Translations under genes and position numbers: made by a program
The notes under the pieces: model-generated
The model's input: the letters and a program-made list of their open reading frames with translations, nothing else
What the model was told of the DNA's origin: nothing
Databases searched by the model: none
In this document: positions 1 to 10,001 of the stretch, in pieces
Layout of the letters: each line of letters opens with the position of its first letter
How positions within the stretch are numbered: the first letter of the stretch is position 1
NCBI GenBank assembly: GCA_965223665.1
Contig: OZ245011.1
Span: forward strand, 3,264,001-3,328,000
DNA from: Nitrospinaceae bacterium
GTDB lineage: Bacteria; Nitrospinota; Nitrospinia; Nitrospinales; Nitrospinaceae
Reading direction: 5' to 3'
Length of the DNA stretch: 64,000 bases

Positions 1-327
1 AGAAGCGTGGATATTCATGCAAAAATTTTTTGGGACATTTAGTAAGTTTTCTCGCAAAATTTGCCCGTAGGCAATGACAATAATTAAGTCAGGTTTTAAC
101 TGATTCAATACTTCCACAAACTCTTTTGAGCTGGCTTTTTCTGGTTGGAAGACAGTGATTCCTTCCCTTAAAGCAAATTGTTTTATTGGCGGAGCCTGGA
201 GTTCTCTTCCACGACCCTTAGGACGATCAGGTTGTGTAACTACAGCCTGAACAAAATGTTTAGAACTGTGAAGGGCTTTTAAAGTAGGTAAGGCAAATTC
301 AGGAGTTCCCATGAAGACAATGTTCAT
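1..327 (-). CDS. fmt: Methionyl-tRNA formyltransferase, N-terminal part (runs off window start; not in ORF track)
   Basis: Manual translation MNIVFMGTPEFALPTLKAL...VVTQPDRPKGRGRELQAPPIKQ...; ATG overlaps the def stop codon (ATGA). Confidence 0.95.
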   Translation of the reverse strand, partial: MNIVFMGTPEFALPTLKALHSSKHFVQAVVTQPDRPKGRGRELQAPPIKQFALREGITVFQPEKASSKEFVEVLNQLKPDLIIVIAYGQILRENLLNVPKNFCMNIHAS

Positions 328-836
328 GTCTTCATCTCTTTAAGCTTTTTTTTGAACTTTCTTTTTAAAAGGTCTCTTTTTATTTTTCCCAACATATCCC
401 AAAATAATTTTCCATTAAGATGATCCATTTCATGTTGAAAAGCCCGTGCTAAGTAATCTTCGGCTTCAATTCGTAGGTCTTTGCCATCCAAGTCTACTCC
501 TTTTATTTCTACATGTTTAAAACGTTTTACATCAGCAAACACTTCTGGAATGCTTAAGCATCCTTCTTGTCCAATTTGAGTGTCTTCAGATGCGGTAATT
601 TCAGGGTTTACAATAACTAAGGGTTTACGTTCTTGCGATTCAAAACCCAGGTCAACCACAATTAATTGTGAGGGTAAGCCAATTTGGTTTGCAGCCAATC
701 CCACCCCCTTGGCATCGAACATAGTTTCGATCATATCTTCAGAAAGATCAACCAGTTCCTGATTAATATTGGCAATTAGGTCGCATTTTTTTCTTAAAAC
801 AGGGTCTAAACAATTTCGAATAGGTAATACGGACAT
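324..836 (-). CDS. def: Peptide deformylase
   Basis: GVGLAANQIG, EGCLS and QHEMDHLNG motifs; adjacent to fmt. Confidence 0.97.
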   Translation of the reverse strand: MSVLPIRNCLDPVLRKKCDLIANINQELVDLSEDMIETMFDAKGVGLAANQIGLPSQLIVVDLGFESQERKPLVIVNPEITASEDTQIGQEGCLSIPEVFADVKRFKHVEIKGVDLDGKDLRIEAEDYLARAFQHEMDHLNGKLFWDMLGKIKRDLLKRKFKKKLKEMKT

Positions 837-873
837 AAACTATTTTTTATAGACAATTTAAGGAAGAAATTTT

Positions 874-1566
874 TTAAAACTTTGGATACAAGGGTGTTTC
901 GTCAATATCATCCTCATTTTTCCAGCATTCGAATTCGGTTTCTGAGACCCACTTGATTTTAATATAAGCTGGAATCCGGGTTTCTTTATCCACTAATGCT
1001 GACTTTAATTGTTCACAGGATAAATCTTCAGCTCCTCGCATGTCTGCGCCTTTCAAGTTTGCTCCCGATAAATCAGCATTAGAGAATTTTCCCCCTTGCA
1101 AAATAGTCTGGGACAAATCTGCATTGGAGAAATCTGAATCCATAAAAATGGAACCGTACCCAATATCTGCACCGGCAAATTTAGCACCACCCGCTTTTAC
1201 CTCAGAAAAGTCGACCTTTGCTAAATTTGCTCCGGTAAAATCAGAATTGGTTATGTCTGCATCAAAAAAGTTTGTTCCTCCTAAATTGGATCCTCTTAAG
1301 TTTGCATCCATAACATCGGCCTGTGAAAAAATAGCCCCAATTAATATTGCCTTACTAAGATTTGATCCGCATAAATCTGCATAAGTAAAATCGGCTCCAC
1401 ATAAATCTACACCGGGTAATTGAAAGTTTGCAAGTGAAGGCAGGCCGACACCCTTTTTTAATAATTTTAATATAATTTCACCTTTTTCCACTATGAATTC
1501 TTCCGCGGTTGACTGGCGGTATTTTTCTAAGCGGTTTAAAAGGTCTTCTTTAGAAAAATCACTCAT
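874..1566 (-). CDS. Pentapeptide repeat protein
   Basis: Tandem A(D/N)(L/F)xx repeats (ADFTY ADLCG SNLSK ... ADLSG ANLKG ADMRG). Confidence 0.9.
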   Translation of the reverse strand: MSDFSKEDLLNRLEKYRQSTAEEFIVEKGEIILKLLKKGVGLPSLANFQLPGVDLCGADFTYADLCGSNLSKAILIGAIFSQADVMDANLRGSNLGGTNFFDADITNSDFTGANLAKVDFSEVKAGGAKFAGADIGYGSIFMDSDFSNADLSQTILQGGKFSNADLSGANLKGADMRGAEDLSCEQLKSALVDKETRIPAYIKIKWVSETEFECWKNEDDIDETPLYPKF

Positions 1567-1708
1567 AATTTTTTACTGGTAAATAAATTAAAAAAATTTT
1601 GAGAAACCCCTTTCCTCAAAAACAATTAAACACAATAATAAACCGTAATGGTCCTTTAGTGAATCAATATTTCAAAATATTAAAGGAATATTATAAAAGA
1701 GAAAATTA

Positions 1709-2680
1709 TTATTGTCCTAATCGTTTTTTTGGTAACAGGAAATTCTTAACATAATCTTGAATACTATCTTCAAGACTTAATAGAGACTCATTAAAGCCGG
1801 CGGCACAAATTTTTTTGATATCGGCTTGAGTATAATATTGGTATTGCTCTTGAATGGACTCTGGCATTTCAATAAACTGAATGGTAGTGTCTTTTCCTAT
1901 GGCAGAAAAAATTGAAACTGCCAGATCTTTCCAAGTGCGAGCTTTTCCAGTCCCCACATTATAAATTCCATTTATGTTTGGATTGTCCATAAAAAACAAA
2001 GTCATTCGAACCGCATCTTTTATATAAATAAAATCTCTTTTTTGGCCTCCATGAGAGTAATCAGGACGGTAAGATTTAAATAATTGGATGTATCCTTGAT
2101 CACGGGCTTGGAAATAACCTTTCAATACCATGCTTCGCATATCTTCTTTATGATATTCATTGGGACCGAAAACGTTAAAATATTTTAACCCTACTATACT
2201 TGATAGCAGACCCTTTTCCTTTGCCCATAAATCAAAATTGTGCTTACTTTTTCCATATAAATTTAATGGGTGATATTTATCAAGGTATAACTCATTATCT
2301 GAATAGCCTTGCTTGCCATTTCCATAAGTAGCTGCGCTGGAAGCGTAAATAAACCGCACATCTTTTTCCATGGCAAATAATGTTAATTCCTGTGTGTACT
2401 CGAGGTTGTTTTTATTAAGAAAAGTTTCATCGGTTTCGGTTGTAGAAGAGCAAGCGCCCATGTGAAAAATTGTTTCAACTCCCTTTAGTTGACGGGTTTG
2501 AACTTTTCTTAAAAAATCTTCCCGATCCATAAAAAAACCATAACGTAAGTAAGTTAAATTTTTTTCTTTTTCTGGGTGATCTTTTATATCTACGATAAGA
2601 ATATCAGTGATGCCTCTTTGATTTAAGGTGTGTACAATTGCGCTTCCAATAAATCCGGCTCCCCCGGTAACTACTATCAT
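1709..2680 (-). CDS. hldD: ADP-L-glycero-D-manno-heptose 6-epimerase
   Basis: MIVVTGGAGFIGS, HMGACSSTTE, YASSAATYG, YGKSK, YFNVFGPNEYHK. Confidence 0.93.
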   Translation of the reverse strand: MIVVTGGAGFIGSAIVHTLNQRGITDILIVDIKDHPEKEKNLTYLRYGFFMDREDFLRKVQTRQLKGVETIFHMGACSSTTETDETFLNKNNLEYTQELTLFAMEKDVRFIYASSAATYGNGKQGYSDNELYLDKYHPLNLYGKSKHNFDLWAKEKGLLSSIVGLKYFNVFGPNEYHKEDMRSMVLKGYFQARDQGYIQLFKSYRPDYSHGGQKRDFIYIKDAVRMTLFFMDNPNINGIYNVGTGKARTWKDLAVSIFSAIGKDTTIQFIEMPESIQEQYQYYTQADIKKICAAGFNESLLSLEDSIQDYVKNFLLPKKRLGQ

Positions 2681-2704
2681 AGGAAAGCCCTAAAAAGATT
2701 TTGT

Positions 2705-3898
2705 TTAAGAAGATTCTTCCTTTTTAGGAGGGCTGTGCATAACTTCCCAATCAAAGTTAGGTAGCAAAGGGCTTTTTTTGGAGGGGGTTTTACGAGAAAG
2801 TCTTTTGAGATGGACCAATCGATTGCGACTTTCGGGGTGAGTTGAAAGAAATTCCTTCCATTGAAGTTCATCTTCCCCAGTTTTTTTATTTTCTTGACCC
2901 GTGTCATTTTGCCCTAACAATTCTTTTTCTTTTTGACCAAACTTTTCAAAAATTCCAATCATTCCCTCGGGATCAATTTGGGCCGCCAGGATCATTTTCA
3001 TTCCTTCACGGTCTGCTTCTGATTCCATTTTACGATTGTAATTCAGGGTTTCCAACTGATTCGCGGCGCCCATAATTGTATCCATGACTCCGTTGGTATC
3101 CCCTACGACGATGGCTAACAGAGCACCTGCAATGAACTGTCGAATAATACCGCGTGTTGAATGACGAAGCAATACATGTTGAAACTCATGTGACAAAACA
3201 CCCGCTAATTCCTCAGGAGATTCTGTTAAATCAATTAACCCTTGAAACACCACTATTGTTCCACCGGGTAGTGCCATGGCGTTAACCGTTTTACTGGGTT
3301 GAATATAAATTCGAAAGTCATAAGGCTGGTCTGGAAGAGTGGATAATAAACGCTCTTCGATTTGATCTAACGCAGCCTGAACCTGAGGAGAAGGTTCCTC
3401 GACCGGTTTAGGAAACATGGCTTGATATACTGTGTCCCCTAACTTTTGTTCCCACTCGGGAGGAACTTTTTGGGCAATTGTTTCCGTAACCTTAGGTAGA
3501 CCATAGTTCCAAAGGCCAAATAGAAAAGGAGGTATGGCTAATAAAGCCAAAACAATGACAATTACCCGAAAAGGCCGATTTTTAGGACGTTTCCAAAAGG
3601 AAACTAATGCACCCGGTGCAGCTTCGTAGGCTTTATTCAAAAATTCTTTGTCATGGATTAGTAGAGAAGGATGTCCGTAATTGGGACCTGAGGAAGACTT
3701 ATAATCTAACCGAATAGTCTCATTTTTACTCCCAAAATGGGTCAAACGGATATCTGAGTAATTCCAGGATCGACGGCGATTATCGGGAAAATTAAGAATT
3801 AACCGTTCTGGAGTAAACCCTACAACAACTTCAGTTTTGTTGGGACTTATTCCATCAAAAAATGTACCGGTAAATTCATACTTAGAAAATGTGGCCAC
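2705..3898 (-). CDS. M48 family zinc metallopeptidase with N-terminal domain and one TM helix
   Basis: VNAMALPGG, HEFQH (HExxH), ESEAD, LSTHP. Confidence 0.9.
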   Translation of the reverse strand: MATFSKYEFTGTFFDGISPNKTEVVVGFTPERLILNFPDNRRRSWNYSDIRLTHFGSKNETIRLDYKSSSGPNYGHPSLLIHDKEFLNKAYEAAPGALVSFWKRPKNRPFRVIVIVLALLAIPPFLFGLWNYGLPKVTETIAQKVPPEWEQKLGDTVYQAMFPKPVEEPSPQVQAALDQIEERLLSTLPDQPYDFRIYIQPSKTVNAMALPGGTIVVFQGLIDLTESPEELAGVLSHEFQHVLLRHSTRGIIRQFIAGALLAIVVGDTNGVMDTIMGAANQLETLNYNRKMESEADREGMKMILAAQIDPEGMIGIFEKFGQKEKELLGQNDTGQENKKTGEDELQWKEFLSTHPESRNRLVHLKRLSRKTPSKKSPLLPNFDWEVMHSPPKKEESS

Positions 3899-3921
3899 TT
3901 AAAGATCCTTAGATACTTGTT

Positions 3922-5226
3922 TTAAAAGATGTCCATTTGAACATCAAACATATCTAAGGCGCCTTCTCCAATAGCTCCGCTCTTTTGGATTTCTTGAATG
4001 ACCTTGTCTAAATTAACTTCCCCTTCCATGGTCAAATGATCGGCAATAAATTTTTGGTTTCTTACCATTATCCAGGGGAAAGCGAGACCTATAGTAACGA
4101 TTAATAATAATAAGTTGACTATGTATAACTTGTAAAATTCCCAACCTGTAGCGGTGAATTTAAAGGTCCCTCCTGCAAAATGGGTTTTAGACCAAGTATA
4201 CCGAGCCAGATAAGCTTTATACCAAACAAAATAAATTCCAAACGTTACAATGGTTAATAATAAGGAAATTAAAAACTTCTTAAATATTTCTTTTCCTTCT
4301 CCAGTAAATTTGAAACTTTTATTCCCAAAGTGAGAGTTGCCTATCCAAAATTTGGCCATTTTCATTTGGAAAAAAGGAGTGTATAAGCCCAGAGTCAAGA
4401 AACTTAATAACATACCTTTAAAGTTCACCCATATGGCTTCTTTACGGGTGCCCCGAAAAGAGAATCGGATTCCTCGCCAGGAGCTTCGAGATAGCCGGTA
4501 ACGATAGGCCCCTACCATTAGCGCGGGGAGGCCAATGATAAAAACTATAGTCAGTATAGTTTCCATTAATTTGCCCATGGCTGGTCCTAACCAAGTATTT
4601 ACTGCTGCTAATACCGATACCATTGCCGCAACAATGAAAATAAAGAACAACCAACCTTTAAATAATTCTTTTCCGGTTCCATGATAAGAAAAACGATCGC
4701 CGGCAAAGGAGGTCTCTTCAAATAAATAACGGCGGACTTTTGTCTTTCCCCAAAAGTAAAAAATACCTAAAGTAAATACAGTAAGAATCCAATTGACTAA
4801 CATTACTTTTGCCAACTCCATTCCTGCTCCATGGAATTCAACCTTCATTTTCTTAAAAGGCATTTTGGGGGGGATGGGTACTACAGATTCGGTGCTTTCG
4901 ACTCCTTCATCTTTTGAAATATTTTCATCACTAGGAGATTCATTTGAACTCATTTCAGCAACTGAATCATTTATGGGGTAGGTTTCCGGCCTGGATTCCG
5001 CCAGAGAGCGTTCTACATCAAAACCCATACTTCGCAAATATTTTTCTGCGACTTCGGCTTTGCGGTTTGATATTGTTTTTTCAAACTGCCAAGGATTACC
5101 TTCCAAAAGCTTTTTGACAATTTCACCAGCTTGTTGGATTTCCATACGAAACATCATAGCCAACCTTGTCGCGGCTTGTTCTTCGTTTTGGCCGTCCCAT
5201 GAATTTAATACAATATAGTTGCTCAT
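3922..5226 (-). CDS. YjgN/DUF898 family inner-membrane protein with extra N-terminal soluble domain
   Basis: Repeated F.G.G.E ... LLTIVT(L/F)GI(Y/F)..W units; typical pairing with a downstream M48 peptidase. Confidence 0.85.
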   Translation of the reverse strand: MSNYIVLNSWDGQNEEQAATRLAMMFRMEIQQAGEIVKKLLEGNPWQFEKTISNRKAEVAEKYLRSMGFDVERSLAESRPETYPINDSVAEMSSNESPSDENISKDEGVESTESVVPIPPKMPFKKMKVEFHGAGMELAKVMLVNWILTVFTLGIFYFWGKTKVRRYLFEETSFAGDRFSYHGTGKELFKGWLFFIFIVAAMVSVLAAVNTWLGPAMGKLMETILTIVFIIGLPALMVGAYRYRLSRSSWRGIRFSFRGTRKEAIWVNFKGMLLSFLTLGLYTPFFQMKMAKFWIGNSHFGNKSFKFTGEGKEIFKKFLISLLLTIVTFGIYFVWYKAYLARYTWSKTHFAGGTFKFTATGWEFYKLYIVNLLLLIVTIGLAFPWIMVRNQKFIADHLTMEGEVNLDKVIQEIQKSGAIGEGALDMFDVQMDIF

Positions 5227-5275
5227 CCTTCACCTCAAAAACCCAAATTAATTTGTGCTTTTCATTAATAATTTA

Positions 5276-5614
5276 TTAGCGCTTTTTTGTTAACGCTCCC
5301 CACATTTTTGAAAACATTCCAGGTTTTTTTCCATTAGTTTCGACTTCATCTTCAATACTGCTATCAAAATCGAAATCATCCTCAATGATTGGAATTCTTT
5401 CTACTTCAAATCCTAGGCTATTTAAGTAAGTTTCGGCCACTTCCGATTGGTCATTAGATACTTGATGTTCAAACTGCCAAGGATTTCCTCCTGATAAGTT
5501 TTCTACGATATCGGATGCTTGATGAGGATCCATGCGAAACACTTTGGAAATTTTTTCAGTGACATGATCCTGGTCTTCACCTTCCCATTTATTAAGCATT
5601 AAGTAATAGCTCAT
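5276..5614 (-). CDS. Small protein, paralogue of the N-terminal domain of the downstream DUF898 protein
   Basis: GAGGAG SD upstream; clear alignment with residues 1-73 of 3922..5226. Confidence 0.8.
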   Translation of the reverse strand: MSYYLMLNKWEGEDQDHVTEKISKVFRMDPHQASDIVENLSGGNPWQFEHQVSNDQSEVAETYLNSLGFEVERIPIIEDDFDFDSSIEDEVETNGKKPGMFSKMWGALTKKR

Positions 5615-5957
5615 GGCTGACAGATGCTCCTCATAAAAGTTGTGATTGAGATATTTCCAGTATCAAGGAAAGATGAATAAAAATAAAGTGAATTCTAATG
5701 TAAATCTATAGATATTGTTATTTGGAGACCAAATGTTAGGATTGGGGTAACTAATTTGGATTTAATTTTTATTGAATATGATTAAAAATTCTTATTTTGA
5801 GAAAAATTTTACAATTTTTGCCTGGAAATAAAGGGAGGAGTGATAAAAACAAAGCAAAATTTGGTTAGTAAATAGTGCTTGCTTCGAAGATTAAGGAATT
5901 CAAACCAATGAATTAGAGAATAATGAACCGAAAAAGAAGATACCAATACCAAAAGGT

Positions 5958-6158
5958 TTAAAACGGTGTTTGATAATACCGCATGGCTTTTTTTCGTTTT
6001 TTCATTGCCTCTTTAATTTTGCGCTTTTTCTTTAAAGAGGGTTTTTCATAAAATCGACGGGCCTTCAGTTCTTTAAATAGTCCCTCTTTATTTAATTCTC
6101 TCTTTAAAGTTTTTAGAGCTCGGTCAACCTGATTCTGATAAACAATGATTTGTAAAAT
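5958..6158 (-). CDS. rpsU: 30S ribosomal protein S21 (66 aa; non-canonical ATT start; missing from ORF track)
   Basis: Manual translation (I/M)LQIIVYQNQVDRALKTLKRELNKEGLFKELKARRFYEKPSLKKKRKIKEAMKKRKK...; AAGGAG 5 nt before the ATT. Confidence 0.92.
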   Translation of the reverse strand: MLQIIVYQNQVDRALKTLKRELNKEGLFKELKARRFYEKPSLKKKRKIKEAMKKRKKAMRYYQTPF

Positions 6159-6316
6159 ATAAACTCCTTTTGGAGTGAATTTTGATTATTTGGTAATTGA
6201 TCGAACTTCAGGAGTTTTAACTGAAGTTTTTTCTCCGGTTGTTTTGAAGGCTTTCTATTAAGAGGAAGTCAACCGGTAGAGTTTTCACCCTACCGGAGAA
6301 AGCATTTTGGTTGCAA

Positions 6317-6517
6317 TTATTTGGGAATTACATTGGATGCCTGAGGGCCCTTTTGTCCCTCTGTTTTTTCGAATTCTACAGTTTGACCCTCAACCAAAGT
6401 TTTAAACCCATCACTTTGAATTGCGGAAAAATGAACAAAACAGTCTTCTCCATCGTCAGATTCTATAAAACCATAACCTTTGCTTTCATTAAACCATTTT
6501 ACTTTACCTACTGACAT
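6317..6517 (-). CDS. csp: Cold-shock protein, CspA family
   Basis: [15 protein letters not shown] (RNP1), FVHFSAI (RNP2), KGPQA; AAGGAG SD. Confidence 0.97.
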   Translation of the reverse strand: MSVGKVKWFNESKGYGFIESDDGEDCFVHFSAIQSDGFKTLVEGQTVEFEKTEGQKGPQASNVIPK

Positions 6518-6626
6518 GCTGTTACTCTCCTTGAGTTTTGGGTCAGCTAATCAAGTTGTCCTTAAATCAGCGTCTCCTAATCGTTAAGCAATAATTGATT
6601 TATTGGACATTTAAAGTTTTAATCGC

Positions 6627-6652
6627 AAAAAAAAACCATCCAAAGGATGGCT
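6627..6652 (-). terminator. Intrinsic terminator-like hairpin about 110 nt upstream of csp
   Basis: Minus strand GCCATCC-TTT-GGATGGT followed by a long T tract. Confidence 0.7.
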
Positions 6653-7396
6653 GGGAAAATAAAATTCTTTAATATTTTATTTACTCTGAGCAATTTAAAC
6701 TAAAACAGTAAATGGCAAATCAACCAACTTATTAACGTCACTGTATCATAATTAGACGTTTTACCCAAACTGTAATTAAAAATTAGGACTAAAGATTCAC
6801 TATAAATAATCTTCCTTACCTTACCGAAAATCCTAAATTCCAAAAATTAAAAGAATTAAATAATTGGGTTTGGCAAAAAGCTCAACAAATTACCAATGGC
6901 AATTCAATCGCCAAGTAAAAAAATCTAATCTTGCAAGCTAAGCATTTAATTGGTAGTTGATTTGGTTGTGCTTAAAAAAAAATATTCATGGAAGGGTTAA
7001 AGAGAATTATTCTAAATTATAATGTCTAAAAATTCTTGTTTTTAGCTTATTTAAGCATTTTCTTGTCAACCTTTTTCGAGTAGCAGGATCCTCGATTTTA
7101 GATTAGATAAGCTGACCAAAGATCGAAAGGTTCTTAAATCAACATGGAATTAAGAAAGGAGTCTAATCAAAACCAAAACTTTGGGAACGGATTTTTCCTT
7201 TACCTAATTGAAATCAAACTCGGCAGATTCATCATTATCTTTTACAATTGAGCCTGTTTGATTTAAAATAAGCCTAAGTTAAAAATAAACCGATCACTTC
7301 TTCCCTAAAAGCGAATCTACCTTTTAATTTCTCTTTTTAATTTAAGCTGTTTTCTAGAAAAAGAAAGCAGAGGGTTTTATTATTAGGATTGGAACC

Positions 7397-8335
7397 ATGA
7401 GTGAAAGAAAAAATATTGAGTCCATGTCCTTGGCAGAACTAAGGCAATATGCGAAGGACCATAAGATTTCCGGGGTTTCTAAACTAAAAAAATCCGATTT
7501 ATTGGAATTTCTCAAACAGGAAACATTACAAGTTTCAAAAAGTAGAAAAACAACTTTGGCTAAAAAATACATTGGAAAAAAATCAAAATCTGTTGAAAAA
7601 AAACCTGTAAAGCGGAAAAAATTTGGAAGCCGGAAACTAAAAGCCCGATCTGTTGATAGTAAGAAAAAGTCGGATAAAGACAGATTCGAAAATATTCCTA
7701 ACCAAAAAGAAACTATAAAAATATCACATCCGCTTCAAGTAGAAGAGGATTTAGCTGCAAAGTTTATTATTGGAGATCCGCAAATTCATGATGAAACTTA
7801 TTCCGAAGAACCCGGTGAATTTCCGCTTCGCTATGGAGATCATAAATTATTTGCATTTCCAAGGGACCCGGAATGGGTTTTTATATACTGGGATTTGCAG
7901 GAGGGACATATTCAAAAGGGGTTAAACCAGTTAAATTGTAGCAGGGAAGAAGTGCGATGGGTATTAAGAGTGTTACCTTTGGAAGCAGAGGATCACAATT
8001 CATCTTTTTTTGATGCGAATATTCACCCTGACGCCCAAAGTTGGTATTTGCAAATAGCACCTCCCGGAAAAAGTTTCTATATAGAATTAGGTTTAATTAA
8101 CTCTGAAGGTTCTTTTTATTCTTTGATTAGATCCAATAAATTTACCTTGCCTCCTAATAGTCCGAGTGAAAATATAAATAAAGATTGGATGTTGAACCCA
8201 GAGCAACACAAGCAACATTATTCTAACTGGAGTTTTCCAAAAGGATCGACTCTTCAAAATAAGAATTCGCCAGAACCAAAAACCGGATATGGTCTCAGTA
8301 GTTATCAATTTTCATCTTCTTTATCCAATAAATAA
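7397..8335 (+). CDS. DUF4912 protein with N-terminal Rho_N-like domain
   Basis: SLAELRQYAKDHKISGVSKLKKSDLL (Rho_N-like); LP-like/YG..FPRDPEWVFIYWD...SWY...RSN; precedes a GH57 gene. Confidence 0.8.
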   Translation: MSERKNIESMSLAELRQYAKDHKISGVSKLKKSDLLEFLKQETLQVSKSRKTTLAKKYIGKKSKSVEKKPVKRKKFGSRKLKARSVDSKKKSDKDRFENIPNQKETIKISHPLQVEEDLAAKFIIGDPQIHDETYSEEPGEFPLRYGDHKLFAFPRDPEWVFIYWDLQEGHIQKGLNQLNCSREEVRWVLRVLPLEAEDHNSSFFDANIHPDAQSWYLQIAPPGKSFYIELGLINSEGSFYSLIRSNKFTLPPNSPSENINKDWMLNPEQHKQHYSNWSFPKGSTLQNKNSPEPKTGYGLSSYQFSSSLSNK

Positions 8336-8355
8336 GTAGAAAGTAGACCAACCTT

Positions 8356-9936
8356 ATGTCAAAAGGATATCTTTGTTTAGTCTTGCACGCTCATCTTCCA
8401 TTTGTACGCCACCCAGAATACGAGGAATTTCTTGAGGAAGATTGGTTATATCAGGCTATTACTGAAACCTATATTCCCTTAATTAGAGTGTTTGGGAATT
8501 TAATTAAGGATGACATACCTTTTAAAATTACTATGTCTTTAAGTCCAACGCTTCTTTCAATGTTGGGAGACCCCTTACTTCAATCCAGATATATTCGGTT
8601 TTTAGATAGATCCACAGAATTAGCCGAAAAAGAAATTAATAGAACAAAGAAAGATCCAAATTTTCATTCTGTAGCCTGGATGTATAAAGAAAAACTTCAG
8701 GAAGCAAAGGATATATTTGAAAATCGGTATACGGAAAATTTAGTTGAAGCTTTTAAAAACTTTCAAGATCAGGGGAATTTGGAAATAATTACCTGTGGTG
8801 CCACCCATGGATACTTACCTTTAATGCATTTATATCCTGGTGCCATGCGGGCACAGATACAAGTGGCGGTCCAAACCCATGAAAAATTTTTAGGAAGAAA
8901 GCCAAAAGGTATTTGGCTTCCAGAATGTGCTTATGAGCCCGGGATTGAAAAATTTTTAAAGGAAGCGGGAATTGACTTTTTCTTTTTGGATACACATGGA
9001 ATTTTACATGCGAACCCAAGGCCAAAACATGGTGTTTATGCTCCTTTATATTGTGAAAATGGAGTGGCGGCATTTGGAAGGGATATTGAGTCTTCCAAAC
9101 AGGTATGGAGTTCAAAAGAGGGCTATCCAGGAGATTTTAGTTATCGAGATTTTTATCGGGATATTGGTTTTGATTTGGAATATGAATATATTCGTCCTTA
9201 TATAGCAACCACCGGTGATCGTAAAATGACAGGTTTTAAGTATCACAGGATTACTAATGAAGGTAATTATAAAGAAGTTTATTGCCAAAAAATGGCCTTG
9301 GAAAAAGCTGCGGATCATGCAGGTAATTTCATGTTCAATCGTGAACGGCAAATAGAGCATTTAAATTATGTTATGGGTCAACCCCCCATAGTAGTGGCAC
9401 CCTATGATGCTGAATTATTCGGGCATTGGTGGTACGAGGGGCCAGACTGGTTGAATTATTTAATTCGACGGGCTGTATATGATCAAAACGTATTCGAGCT
9501 TATAACCCCATCAGGCTATTTGGAAAAACATACCCAAAATCAGGTATCGACCCCGACCATTTCAAGTTGGGGGTTCAAAGGATTTCATGAGCATTGGTTG
9601 AGTCACAAGAATGATTGGATATACCGTCATTTGCATAAGGCTACTGAACGGATGATCGAATTATCAAGGCAATATTCGGATGCCCATGGCTTAGTAGAGC
9701 GCACCCTAAATCAGGCAGCCAGAGAATTATTATTAGCACAAAGTAGCGATTGGGCGTTTATAATGTTTGCAGAAACTATGGTAGAATATGCAATCAGAAG
9801 GACCAAGGGGCACCTACATCAATTTAACAGGTTGTATGATGCAATTAAAGCGGGGTCCATAGATGAGCGTTTTTTGATTTCTCTTGAGGAAAAAAATAAT
9901 ATTTTTCCTGATATAAACTTTCGAGTATTTAGTTAA
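8356..9936 (+). CDS. GH57 family 1,4-alpha-glucan branching enzyme (DUF1957 C-terminal domain)
   Basis: HAHLPFVRHP, GIWLPECAY, PYDAELFGHWWYEG, AQSSDWAF. Confidence 0.92.
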   Translation: MSKGYLCLVLHAHLPFVRHPEYEEFLEEDWLYQAITETYIPLIRVFGNLIKDDIPFKITMSLSPTLLSMLGDPLLQSRYIRFLDRSTELAEKEINRTKKDPNFHSVAWMYKEKLQEAKDIFENRYTENLVEAFKNFQDQGNLEIITCGATHGYLPLMHLYPGAMRAQIQVAVQTHEKFLGRKPKGIWLPECAYEPGIEKFLKEAGIDFFFLDTHGILHANPRPKHGVYAPLYCENGVAAFGRDIESSKQVWSSKEGYPGDFSYRDFYRDIGFDLEYEYIRPYIATTGDRKMTGFKYHRITNEGNYKEVYCQKMALEKAADHAGNFMFNRERQIEHLNYVMGQPPIVVAPYDAELFGHWWYEGPDWLNYLIRRAVYDQNVFELITPSGYLEKHTQNQVSTPTISSWGFKGFHEHWLSHKNDWIYRHLHKATERMIELSRQYSDAHGLVERTLNQAARELLLAQSSDWAFIMFAETMVEYAIRRTKGHLHQFNRLYDAIKAGSIDERFLISLEEKNNIFPDINFRVFS

Positions 9937-10001
9937 GTGTTTTTAGGTATTAGAAATTAGTTTTAACCATTTTATTAACAATTTAGACCCCAAACTAGAT
10001 T

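Noticed and set aside
874-1566. Repetitive DNA as a possible CRISPR or tandem array
   Set aside because: Explained by pentapeptide coding repeats; no repeat-spacer array seen in the window
7397-9936. DUF4912 + GH57 pair as a novel system
   Set aside because: Commonly seen conserved gene pair
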